Assembly: GCA_013265495.1 (NCBI GenBank)
Contig: MU057632.1
Location: 976,054 to 1,040,053 of the forward strand
Origin: Vicugna vicugna
Taxonomy: Eukaryota
Length of the DNA stretch: 64,000 nt
Reading direction: 5' to 3'
Shown here one piece after another: positions 50,799 through 61,539 of the stretch. The stretch's first letter is position 1, and each line of letters begins with the position of its first letter. The position numbers were made by a program, and so were the translations under genes. The notes under the pieces are model-generated. The model ran no database searches, was not told the origin of the DNA, and worked only from the letters and a program-made list of their open reading frames with translations.

Positions 50799-53059
50799 CA
50801 AGCCCACCGGCTTTTCTGCACCTGATGATTCTCCCTGTCTACTTACTTCCTTGAATTTGAGGAAAAGAAAACTACATTTTCTCAAAAGATAAATGACTTT
50901 TTGAAAAGCTGGAAGCATAAACTGTCTCCTAGCTATTGATTAATCAGCAAAACTCACTGATGAGCTCAGAACCCGTCCCTGAGGGATACAGAAAAGGAGG
51001 AGGAGGGGGGCCCTATTATTCACATCACTTAAAATCAAACTGGAGAAAGAACCACTACTGCGGACAGTTCACTCAAAGTACAAGGCTGTCCACAGGAAGC
51101 TGAGGTGTCGAACTGGAGTTCGACCACTTGTATGAGAGGCACACACTTGGGATCCAGTTGGAGAGCCGGGATAATTTACACAGAGAGCCTCGATGAATTC
51201 TCACGACACACACAGATACATTTATAGCCACAAGCAAAAAGGCATACCTCATCATTTTAGTAAGTTTAAACCCAGTAGTCAGAGGACATAGAAGGGATCG
51301 GTCAGCAAGGCGACTGAACTCCTCCGTTCATTATCCATCTGTGTGTCCACTCCAGCAAGCAGGCAGGCATTCTGGAAAGTGCTCTGAGCATGAGAGCTAT
51401 GAACACTGCCTTCATGTAACTTACGATTTGATGCCGGAGGAGACAGGATGGGAGACAGTTTCAAGGAGGGAAGGTCTAGGTAAGGGGGCTGAGCGTTGCA
51501 GAAACAGGAGAACTGAGACAAGCAGAGCTGCACTGCGGGTCTGACAGTGAGATCACTGAGCACATCCGGGTGGTGATGCATGTTTCCCCACACACCCGAC
51601 CCACCACATCGTCACCCCCTTCATCACCTTCCTAGCTATTTTTGAGTCCTCCCTCATTTCTGCCCCAACCTCAGTCCCTGAGTCGTGATAAGTCGCTTAT
51701 GATCTGCCCACCCGGTGGGCTGACTGCCGTGGAAACCACATAAAAGCAGACGCCTCATTAGAGGCTAGAAAGCGCACCTGTGACCCCGAGGATGGGGGTG
51801 AGGACTCCAGCAGCCTGGGCTCGCAGGCTCTGCTCCGAGCAGGGACAATGACTCCCGGGGTTGTCCCTCCTTGATGGGATTTCTGATGTGGATTTCGCTG
51901 ATCTTCTTTCATTGGATGAAAGGGTAAACAGCCTGCAGGTGACGTCCATGTGAGCCTGTGTTCTTGACTTTCAACTTCCTCATTGGCTGACCACTCTCAT
52001 CCTGCCCAATCCTATTTTCATCGCATCCTGCCTGATTCTGCCCCGGGTTACCTGTTCACGCAGCCCTGGGGAGGGCTGAGGAGGGGGGTCCTCGGGCATC
52101 ACTAGTGATCTCGTTTCCGAACGCATAAGCTTTTCACCTCTGCTCAGTGAAATCTGACTCCATCACTGCCCACTCCCCTGGCACCTTCTGTGCATCTTTG
52201 GTCTTTTGTTCTCACCAGTCCCACGGAGGTATTTTTAAACGTCTTATCTTTAGGATGCTATTTTCAATCTATTTTTTAAAAATTCTCTTCCCAGACGTTG
52301 ACGGTATTACTGCCAAGTCTGGCTGCAATGGATTCCAGAGGGGCTACATCCTCTTTCATATTCTATATGTTTTAGAACTGCTTTTTGCTAATAACGTAAT
52401 TTTTTCCTCCAGCTGGAGTCTGAGCACCAGCTTCTCTCAGTACAGAGTCCAAGCAGCTTTTTAAAAAGTCCTGATAATTTACATTTCTTGAACATTTTCT
52501 GTGTTCTTAACTTACTGCCTTTGTAGGGAAGTTTACAAGTTATAAGTGAAACTATATGAAGCAGCAAGATGGACGCTGAAGGGCAGAAAATGGCATCATT
52601 TTGAGTCCTGGCGTCTCCTGCTGTGAATCTGAACAAATTTCTCTCCTACTGTGTCTTTAGTTTTAACTTTTAATGATTAAAAAAAATCATTTGAGTAGCT
52701 TACAACATAGGGGTATGACAGTGATAAAATGAGCAAGTCTTTTGAGAACTTCCATGTCCTCATCATCCATTCACTTACTCTGTAGAATTTTCTGCACCAG
52801 ATTTTGGGCAGAATAAGATCTTTTTACTCCCCAATACCAGAGAGATGTTCCTGGTAACTGACAGTCTGGAATTCTCAAGAAATACAAATTTATTACAATG
52901 TAGCCCTCAAAAACTATTTATACTGGTGTAGACAACCATGTCTAGAGTTGGTATCCAAATATATGATAGGAATGAATGTTAGATTAGTCAAAGCTTTAGA
53001 CTATTTCCACTCATGAGAATGAACACTTGCCTGTTTTTCTGTCCTGAATGGAACTCATT

Positions 53060-54190
53060 ATTTAGCAAAATGTTTTGCTTATGTAATACAATAACATATT
53101 ACTCCTACTCCCAAGAATACATTCTAGTGCCTGGGGGAGGAGGAGGTAGAAACAGGCATAAACAACAATAGATACTAATAGAATTGGTTCACATGAACCA
53201 AGGACTATGGAACATAGAGAAATGAATGGTTATTATGAGGTTGAGACTGTATCTGAACTGTGTTCCAATGTCAGATTGGTGCTTTTTCAGATACAGAAGA
53301 ATGGAAAATGTACCTCAGGACAGGAGAAACACAAAGTGAAATGTAGAAAGACACAAGAAAGCATGATATTTAAGATGGGAGCACAGCAAGGGTGTGCAGA
53401 GAGGCTGGGTTGACAAAAGGCCTGGGGATGAAGCACAGAGGCAGACCATCAGGGGTCTTCTGCGGTCAGTGAAGGACACTGAGGTTCTGCCTTTAGGCTG
53501 AGTCTGAGATTTCTGGCTTCAGAGAGAGCAAGGAATTGATGACTTTGACCCACATTGGGAAATTCGCTGACTATAAGCAGAGTATTTGAGTTCTGCTGGG
53601 GTGGGTGTTTGACATTTCCTATGACTGAAGAATATACGGATAGCAATACTGAGTCAACAGAATGCACAACATGACATATCTCTACGCATGTCTGCACGGA
53701 TGTGCATCATGGTGGTGGTTGAAAATCATTGAAGAAATGGGTGGAGGAGAGTTGATGGGAGAAGTCCTTGAAGGAAGGGTTAATGAAGAGGATCTGGGTG
53801 GATTAGCATCTATCATTAAACGTAAAGAGAGGAGAGAATTTCATAAAGGAGAGAAGTATCAACAGTGTCAAATGCTCAAAGAGGAGCAAGCAGTTTGAAA
53901 ACGGAAAAGGAAAACAACTGAATTTGCCACCTGGATATTATCTGTGGCCAAAGAGGGCAGGTTTCGGTGTATTGGCAATGGCAGCAGTGAAACCCCTGCA
54001 GCTTTAGAAGGAGCCCCTTCCTTTGGTGAGGCTGGCAGTGAGGAGGAAGGAGAAGATGGAGTGGCATTGTAAGGGCAGAGGATGCACTGGGGGGTACTTG
54101 TTTGTTTGTTTGCTTGCAGAAGGGGTTATTTGGTTGGGTGGACTTTAAGTGTGACTCTAGGCTGAAGACAAGAAGACTTTTAAAGACGAG
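53060..54190 (-). mobile_element. Highly decayed L2
   Basis: Purine-rich, with antisense L2 motifs 'agagtttctggct'-like, 'tatcaacagtgtcaaatgct' and 'actgaatttgccacctgga'. Confidence 0.5.
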
Positions 54191-54851
54191 AGGCTGAAAG
54201 AAAAAGTAGTAGAAACCATTCTACCAAATCTTAGGAGCAATGAACTTATGAAGCATCTGTTTTCCAAACTATATTTACCTCATGTTATTAATGTCTCCCA
54301 GGTACACTTGATTAATTCAATTTTGCAACTTGAGAATTTTCTGTAGCTTGAGCTCAAACAATGCAAAATAAATGACTTAAAGCAGAAAGTTTGGATTATT
54401 ACTTTAAATTACATCCTAAGAATTTTTTTTTTATTTTGCTTGATTTAGGAAGCAGGACTTTTTTAGTCTCTTGACTTATAAGAAGGCATATCCGTATCCA
54501 AGATGAAGATAGGGTAAAAGTGTAAGCTCACATTGCTCCCTGTTTACCTCTTGCCCCAGTTCTCAGAAACTGATTGAAAAAAATAAAAAGAACAAATTAG
54601 TTTCAGAAATGTTTATAGATGCTAAAAAATAGTGAACAGTGACTTAATATCTGAAATTTGAGAAGTGTCTGCCAAATAGAGTTTTTCAATTCAAATTGTA
54701 ATGAGATGCTGAAAGCTGGTTTTCATCTGTCCTCCTTTGCAGCAGGAAAGCAATACAGGTAGTGAAAGAAGTATTTTTTTTAATCACAACACCAATTATG
54801 AAAGAGGAAGACTGGAAGAAACAACTATGAAAGACAGAAATAGTCCACCAA

Positions 54852-54972
54852 GGGGGGAGGGCATAGCTCAGAGGCAGAGCACATGCTTAGCATGCACGAG
54901 ATCCTGAGTTCAATCCCCAGGACCCCCATTTAAAAATAAACATAAAAGTAAATATATAAATAATTTTTAAAA
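54852..54972 (+). mobile_element. vic-1-type camelid SINE with 16-bp TSD
   Basis: 'ggggggagggcatagctcagaggcagagcacatgcttagcatgcacgagatcctgagttcaatcccc' plus AT tail. TSD agaaatagtccaccaa (54836-54851) / agaaatactccaccaa (54973-54988). Confidence 0.95.
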
Positions 54973-55469
54973 AGAAATACTCCACCAATATCATCTTATC
55001 CCACTAAGGACAAACAACCATGGTGAGGCCAGTGGGAAATTTTGGCAGCTCTGCCCACTTCATGCTACATTAGTAAATATCAATGTTTTACTAACATGAA
55101 GTTGAAAAAGGCACAATAAAGTATATTAATGAAAGTGGAAAAATTCTAGGTTGCCAAAGAACGACACTTCTTTTTCTCAAAATGCTGGATTCAGATTGTT
55201 TCAAGCTGTCAAAATGTTTCTACATGACTAAAGCCTTCCAAGAGGGTTGGGATTCTTGCCAATTTATTTTATAGAAGAACAGAATATTACTAGGAAAACT
55301 TAACAAAGGTAGTGCAGAACATACAATTTATATAACAAAAGATATACATGTTGTAACCATATTTCTGCCTGAATCTCTAAATCTATGTGATTATCTCACC
55401 TCTAACAGGCAGGGCCACGCACATTGGTAACACCAGCAGCAGCCCAGCTCAAGTCAAGAATAAAACAAT

Positions 55470-56160
55470 GGCCATCATCATCGCCACTGTTATCTAGTGT
55501 GGTTCTGGGAGTCCTTCCCAGCGGATTTCAATAAGGAAATAAGAAACCTAAAACTTCAAAAGGGGGAAATAAAGTTCCTGGCATTTGACTTGATTATTTA
55601 CCTTGAAACACTCCAAAATAAAATGAAATTACATCTTGAAATTAGATTTTGAGCAGGCGATCAGTTATAATATATTAAAAACAATTAAAATCATTCTTAC
55701 AGTCAGAGAAAAATACTGTAAAAATGATTCATTAAGGGAAAAAAGACCACAAAAATACCTTAACTTGACTTGTGAAGTATGTGCATTAAAAACAAACAAA
55801 AAACTAGACGTCTAATTCAATACACATGAAATACGAAGGAAGTAGAATGCTGGATCTGGAATTCTGGAATTAGAAGACTCAATATTTAAAAAGGTAGATT
55901 CATTTATGAATAAGCCTAATGGGAGGCTTACTGGAATCTGGCAGAATTATTCTAAAGCTCATCCTGGAAAACTAAATAAACTAAACTAGTCAGAATATAT
56001 TTGAAACAGTAAAGGAATGAGGAACTTCATTCCTTTTTTTTTTCAGTATGAAAGTTTATTTTAAAGTTACAGTGATTAAAACAAAATAGTACAAGCAGAA
56101 AATAGGCCCAAAAGGAAAAAAAGACTAAAATCTGTCACCATACAGACAGATACGTGATAA
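55470..56160 (+). mobile_element. Very old L1 (L1ME-like) ORF2 remnant
   Basis: 'catcgccactgttatctagtgtggttctgggagtcctt', 'gattatttaccttgaaa', 'gaattagaagactcaatatt' and 'attattctaaagctcatc' are colinear with L1 ORF2. Confidence 0.6.
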
Positions 56161-57491
56161 ACGCGCGCTTTCAAACCGAGGGGGACATACGGATTTCTTT
56201 ATTTCGCTTTCCCTTCAGTAAAAACATACTGAGCAATGCCTATTTCCCAGGCGGGATGGTGGGTACATGGGCGGGGGCGGCAAAGATGCCGAGTCCCCTG
56301 CACTCTCGGAGTTCACATTCTAACGGCGGAGACAGGCATAAACACATCACAAATAGATCCCCAACTCAGAGAGCATAGGGGTGGGCGTGTGCCGTAAGAA
56401 CAATAGAAGAGCACAGGGAGGAAGAGTGGAGAGGACCACTGCTCTGGAAAAGGCACGAGAAAGGACCCGCTAAGCAAGTGGCCCAGTCAGAAAGCTGGAG
56501 TCCCTTGGTTGCCCCACCTGCATCCGAGGGTAGCAGACAAACGGTGGGACCACTGGAGCCCCAATCACAGTAAATATGCTAAATTTAAGAAACAAATATT
56601 AAAACTCCCAACAGTGCAGGTGACTGTCTCTAAATAACATAGCAGAAGAACATTCAGAGTATAAATACCAAGTTGAAAAGGGAGACCAAGACACCGAGGG
56701 ACTCCACGCAGACAGCAGCCCCTCTAAATCTTCTCAGCGACCACTCCACACTGGATTTGTCCTCTTTCCACCCATAATTCTGAACATGAACGAGAGGCAT
56801 CTTTTTCCAATCCGTACACATTTTAATATTATTTCACCATTAGAAATTTCCAAGAAGAGCAAGCTATTTTACTTATTTCTTGGAGTCGAGCGGCACAGTA
56901 CTTACTGCAAAAGAAAGATTCTTTTAAAAAAGCAATGTAGAGTTGTTTTACTCATTTTGATTTCCTATCAACTTTGGTTTACCATGAGAAAAAACTCTGA
57001 AGTTTCTAGAATAGTAGCCTACATAGCTAGTTTCCCTCATGCATATTGTTAAAGGTGCTGCTGCCCATAATTACAATAAAATTTCCTTCTTCTCTTGTCA
57101 CTCATCCCACCTAGAAAACACACCTTGATTTCCGCAATGAGATAAAATTATTTTCATGTTTGCAGTCCTTATGCAATAACACCTCCTTCAAAACACCTCA
57201 TTCCCAGAAGTGCTATTTAAGTTTTGGAACGATTTTAACACTCCAGCCTAATTGTTCAGGTTTTAGAGAAGAAATTAATGAAAGGGACAACCATTTAAAG
57301 CACAAGAGCTTTGTTCACACTTCATTAAATATTTTAAATGGCTATTTTATTTTATGGCTTTGGCATTCCTTTTGAATTTTATCTGGCTTGCTTTTTATAA
57401 CCAGGAATTTTGAATCTCTCTCCAAAAAAACCTTGCTGCACCTAAGTATCACCTAGCTTATAAATATCTTATTCTTTTTTTCTATTTTCTA

Positions 57492-57708
57492 TTACTTTAA
57501 AACAAAGCTAAATTTGAACACTTGTGTCAAGGTTTAATCATTTTAGGGGCAAGTAATGCAACCCTTCATTAATATGAAAAAGTTTATTTCACCTATTTTG
57601 TAAAACTATATGTAAGTGAACTTAGTTACTTTAAAACGAAGCTAAATTTGAACACTTGTGTCAAAAGTTTATTTCACCTATTTTGTAAAACTATATGTAA
57701 GTGAACTT
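57492..57708. repeat. Local tandem duplication; second copy has a 49-bp internal deletion
   Basis: Copy 1 is 57492-57623. Copy 2 is 57626-57708 and equals copy 1 lacking 57531-57579, with one substitution. Confidence 0.95.
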
Positions 57709-58049
57709 TGGCTCCCTCCAAAAGTAATTAATTTACTTCTGTATTATACTTTCTGTGCAGAGTAGACACTGAAAAATATTTTGGACAAAATGCTGTCATC
57801 ACTCCAAGGAAAAAGTGACTTATCAGAACAAATTTAAAAGTCCAATAAAACTATAGTGACAAATTGATCTGTCCTTCCACATGCATTTTTCAATATGCAT
57901 ATTTGTGGTGATAGACCAGTTGCTACCTCTGATTAGCTACTGCCTTCCAATTATTAGACCAACACATTATTTTCATTATTACTTTGAACTTTGTATAATC
58001 ATCAAACCCTGTGCCATTTTATTAGGCAGACTATGAAGGAGCTTTGCAG

Positions 58050-58810
58050 TGTCATTCCCCATGCCCACCTTTTCTTTTTCCCTGAGGACTGCCCTTCAGT
58101 AGCCTGGTGGGTTTCCGAGGTCAGTTTGCACTATTTGATTTCATCTCTGAAATGGCAGAGAAAACACTTCCATTGAAAGAGAAGAGAATAAAACTCAGAT
58201 TACAAAGGAGAGCCTCGGATCCTGACGGTACTTCTTGAGCTATCCCTGAACCAACCCCTCCCTATCCAGTATGTCCTTGTAATAGGGAAGAACAAATTTG
58301 ACTCCATATTGGATCGATTTCTTTTACTTTAAACATTGTATTCTATTGCTTTTACCACAGGTTAATCACTAAATGGATGTTGCCCATAAGCTTAAATTAT
58401 ACACAATGGCCCATCTCTGGGAACCCTGTCTCCTAGGTAATGAGCATTAAGCTAAAATTCCTTTGTTTAGCTTATGGGAAATGCCCTGGCTGGGCGCACC
58501 GGTGAGTGATTGCAGGAAGGAAGAAATTAACACCTCCCCTCCGGAGGCTGACTGGAACCAGGAACTGTTTGCCTTTGCTCCCTCCCCTTTTAGTATAAAA
58601 GAAGCCTGAATTCCAATTCAGGCAAGATGATTCTTTGGGACACTAGTCCACCATCTTCTTGGTCTGCTGGCTTTCTAAATAAAGTCACTATTCCTTGCCC
58701 CAACAACTCGTCTGTCATGCAGTGAGCAGAAGGAGTTTAGACTCAGTGACAGTCTCCTTTCTTAAGCCATTCTAAGTTAGATTCTGCTAATTATAAATTT
58801 GAAAAATATA
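58050..58810 (+). mobile_element. Old MLT1K/L-like LTR split by the MER41-like LTR
   Basis: Left flank 'ggatcctgacgg...agctatccctgaac'. Right flank 'cttaagccattctaagttagattctgcta' resembles an MLT1 3' end. Tentative. Confidence 0.45.
58278..58751 (+). mobile_element. MER41-like ERV1 solo LTR
   Basis: TG...CA termini; 'tgtaatagggaagaacaaatttgactccatattgga'; TATAAAA at 58594-58600; AATAAA at 58678-58683; 'tttgggacactagtccaccatcttcttggtctgctggcttt'. Confidence 0.8.
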
Positions 58811-59002
58811 ATAATGAAACCTAAAGTAGAATCTGAAGTGTAAAACATAAGCACTTAGCATTAGCTGGGAGGCAAGGTTTTAACGTTTTTAATGTGGCTT
58901 TGAGTTTACACATGATGTTATTTATAGCCAACCTTAGGTAATAAATATGGGATTGATTTAACATAATGGTATGTATTGAAAACAACATTTTAGGTTTGAG
59001 GG

Positions 59003-59382
59003 TGTTCTGAACTGAATATATCCCCCAAAATTCAGATTATTAAAGCCCTAACTTCCAATGTGGCTGTATTTGGAGACAAGGCCTCAAAGGAGGTAAGACC
59101 ATGAAGGTCATAAGACTGGGGCCCTGATCCAGTAAGATTAGTGCCCTTATAAGAAGATACAGCAGAGAACTTGCTCTCTTCCTCCATCCTCATGCACGCA
59201 GGGAAGGTGACATGAGGACACAGCAAGAATCCAGCCATTGACAAGTCAGGAAAAGAGCTGTGGCCTGAAACTGATCATGCTGGGACCTTAATTTATGACT
59301 TCCAGCTTCCAAAATGGCAAAAAACTAAATCCTGTTAAACTCACCCAGTCTATGGTGTTCCGGCAGTGCAAGCTAATTAATG
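59003..59382 (+). mobile_element. MLT1A-like MaLR solo LTR
   Basis: 'tgttctgaactgaat...cccccaaaattca...aagccctaac...gtatttggaga...gggccctgatccagtaagattagtgcccttataagaaga...cacccagtctatggt'. The terminal TACA is displaced to 59844-59847. Confidence 0.85.
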
Positions 59383-59843
59383 CAGGCATACCTTGTTTTA
59401 TTGCATTTCACATTATTATGTTTCACAGACATTGTATTTTTCACAAATTGAAGCTTCCTGGCAACCCTGGGTCAAGAAGTCTATCAGTGCCATTTTTCCA
59501 ACAGCATCTGCTCACTTCATGTCTTTGTGTAACATTTTGGTAATTCTTGCAATATTTCAAACATTTTCATTATTATTATATTTGTTATGATGATCTGTGA
59601 TCAGTAATATTTAATGTTAGTATTATAATTGTTTTGGCACATTTTTAGCAATGAAGCATTTTTTAATTAAGGTATATGCATTGTTTTTTAAGACATAATG
59701 CCACTGCACACTTAATAGACTACAGTATAGTGCAAACAACTTTGACATGCACTGGAAAACTAAAAAGTTCACTTGACTTGCTTTGTTACAATATTTGCTT
59801 TATTGTGGTGGTCTGGACCTACAATATCGCCAAGGTGTGTCTG
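59383..59843 (+). mobile_element. Internally deleted Tigger1 with both ends (Tigger1a-like)
   Basis: TIRs caggcatacctt (59383) and aaggtgtgtctg (ends 59843), followed by TA. The 5' and 3' non-coding arms join at ~59637. Confidence 0.9.
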
Positions 59844-61417
59844 TACACAGAGATCACCCAGTCCATACCCAGTCCACACCCACACCCCTTCACACAGACC
59901 ATATTACAAAGGAAAAAACTGAAAACTGAAGATAGAGCAGCTTGTCTGAATCCACATTGCATTACTGTAAAATGAGGTAGGAGTTTATAATTTAATACTT
60001 CCATCCTTAGAGGCACAGAGGAAATGTAGTCTGAGGCAGAACTGGTTAAGGAACTCAGTGTAGACTTGGAAATTAAATTCAGAAACAGTCATTTCTAAGC
60101 TAAACAAATTTCTGTTAACTTTCGGCAGCGCCTTTGGGTAGCTCAGTGTTCCAGAGTTCTGCATCTTCTTCTCTCTCTTTATCAGAAATGATACCTGGGG
60201 GGTGGCTCAGTGGACTTCCCCTGCATCACGGATCCTTTCATACCGGAGGAGCTCAGCCTTCATGACAGAAGGGGTATCAGTTCTTTACTAGGAAGAAAAT
60301 TCTATGACCTTAGCTTAGTTCTTGATGTGTTAATGGATCTAACACAATTCAGAAAATCAATTTCTTTCTAACAAAGCCCATATTTCAAAATCATTTCTTT
60401 TCTGAAAACAATAATAAGAGTCAGCTTTAAAACACAAAAGCAGAATGATGGAATGTACGAACTAGGCAGCAGACACACCTCTCCTTCCCTGGGCGCTAAG
60501 TATCCCCATTCAGCTTTGGAGACAGAAGCACGTGAAGCAACATAATTTAAGGGAGAAATGATGATACATCATTTAAATGTTTAAAATGTAGTCTCCATTC
60601 ATTCCACTGACAAAACTGGGACTGCTTCTTCTGTTCATTGTCTTTTCCTTTGTTCAAAGAATAGCTGGTGACATTCACGAGGCCTTTGTATCAAGCCACA
60701 GAGCAGCATTATGAGACAGTAAGTCCAAAAAGTACCACTGGGATAAAGTTCAGAATTGCAGTGAGACTATGTGAGTGCATGAGGGTATCTGTTAAGCCCA
60801 TTCAGTCTGTGGGCAATCAAAAATCTCTATTTACACCATGACCAAAATGTCCCCATAACACTGTCAAATGACTTGTATAGAGTCCATCAACATGGTTTAT
60901 CTATGGTGTATCTTACACTTTATGCTTCTTGGGGGTAAACACTTACTCTCAATGCAATTTTCCTGCCAGTGTCTATCATCCCATAGTTCCACAGCCATGA
61001 TTTGAACTGTTGATTTACTTGGCAAGTCCACAAGCTGCAGTGTAAAGAAAGATGCAAAGAGGGTTTCTACCACATGGATCTGATAGAAACATTTTCTCTT
61101 TTTCTATAAGAAAATATGTTACTAAGCCCCCAGTGGTTTGGGTTTTCCTTTTAAAGACCAATTTTAAAGTAATAACCTGAATTCCCTACATAAATCCTCT
61201 ACACTGAAAATGACAAGGGAGGTGAAAATAAACAAAAGTTACTAGGGAATTCCAGTGCCCATCTCTCACAAGCTGTCTTGATGAAACAAAGTAACTAATC
61301 CTTCTCCATTCTCACTGAGTTAGGGTTTAATGACCTTGAGTTGTAGCCACTTGGAAGATCATGTTTTAGAAAATAAAGCAGTTCCAAAAAAAAAAAAATC
61401 ACATAAAAGCGTTTCAA

Positions 61418-61539
61418 GGGGGAGGGTATAGCTCAAGTGGTAGAGTGCATGCTTAGCATGCATGAGGTCATGGGTTCAATCCCCAGTACCTCCTCTAAAA
61501 ATAAATAAATAATTAAAACTAATTAACCCCTCCCCCCAA
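61418..61539 (+). mobile_element. vic-1-type camelid SINE with 13-bp TSD
   Basis: A-box 'tagctcaagtgg', anticodon arm catgc-ttAGCat-gcatg, B-box 'gggttcaatccc' and AT tail. TSD aaaagcgtttcaa (61405-61417) / aaaagcatttaaa (61540-61552). Confidence 0.95.

Noticed and set aside
50271..50918. Transposase-like ORFs, possible domesticated TIGD gene
   Set aside because: Several in-frame stops, a deleted N-terminus and truncation before the catalytic domain: a dead Tigger1.
51107..51124. Inverted repeat gtcgaact-gg-agttcgac, B-box-like
   Set aside because: A single 8-bp stem is expected by chance in 64 kb; I saw no matching A-box or RNA gene context.
57492..57708. Repeat-spacer-repeat pattern reminiscent of CRISPR
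   Set aside because: Only two copies with A-X-B-A-B structure, in mammalian DNA with no cas genes.
60558..60610. ATGATGA...CTGA pair resembling a C/D snoRNA
   Set aside because: Short spacing, no terminal stem and no recognisable rRNA antisense element.
61418..61493. Apparent tRNA-Ala(AGC) gene (also at 25795, 29897 and 54852)
   Set aside because: Mismatches in the acceptor and T stems, AT-rich tails and TSDs show these are vic-1-type SINE copies, not tRNA genes.
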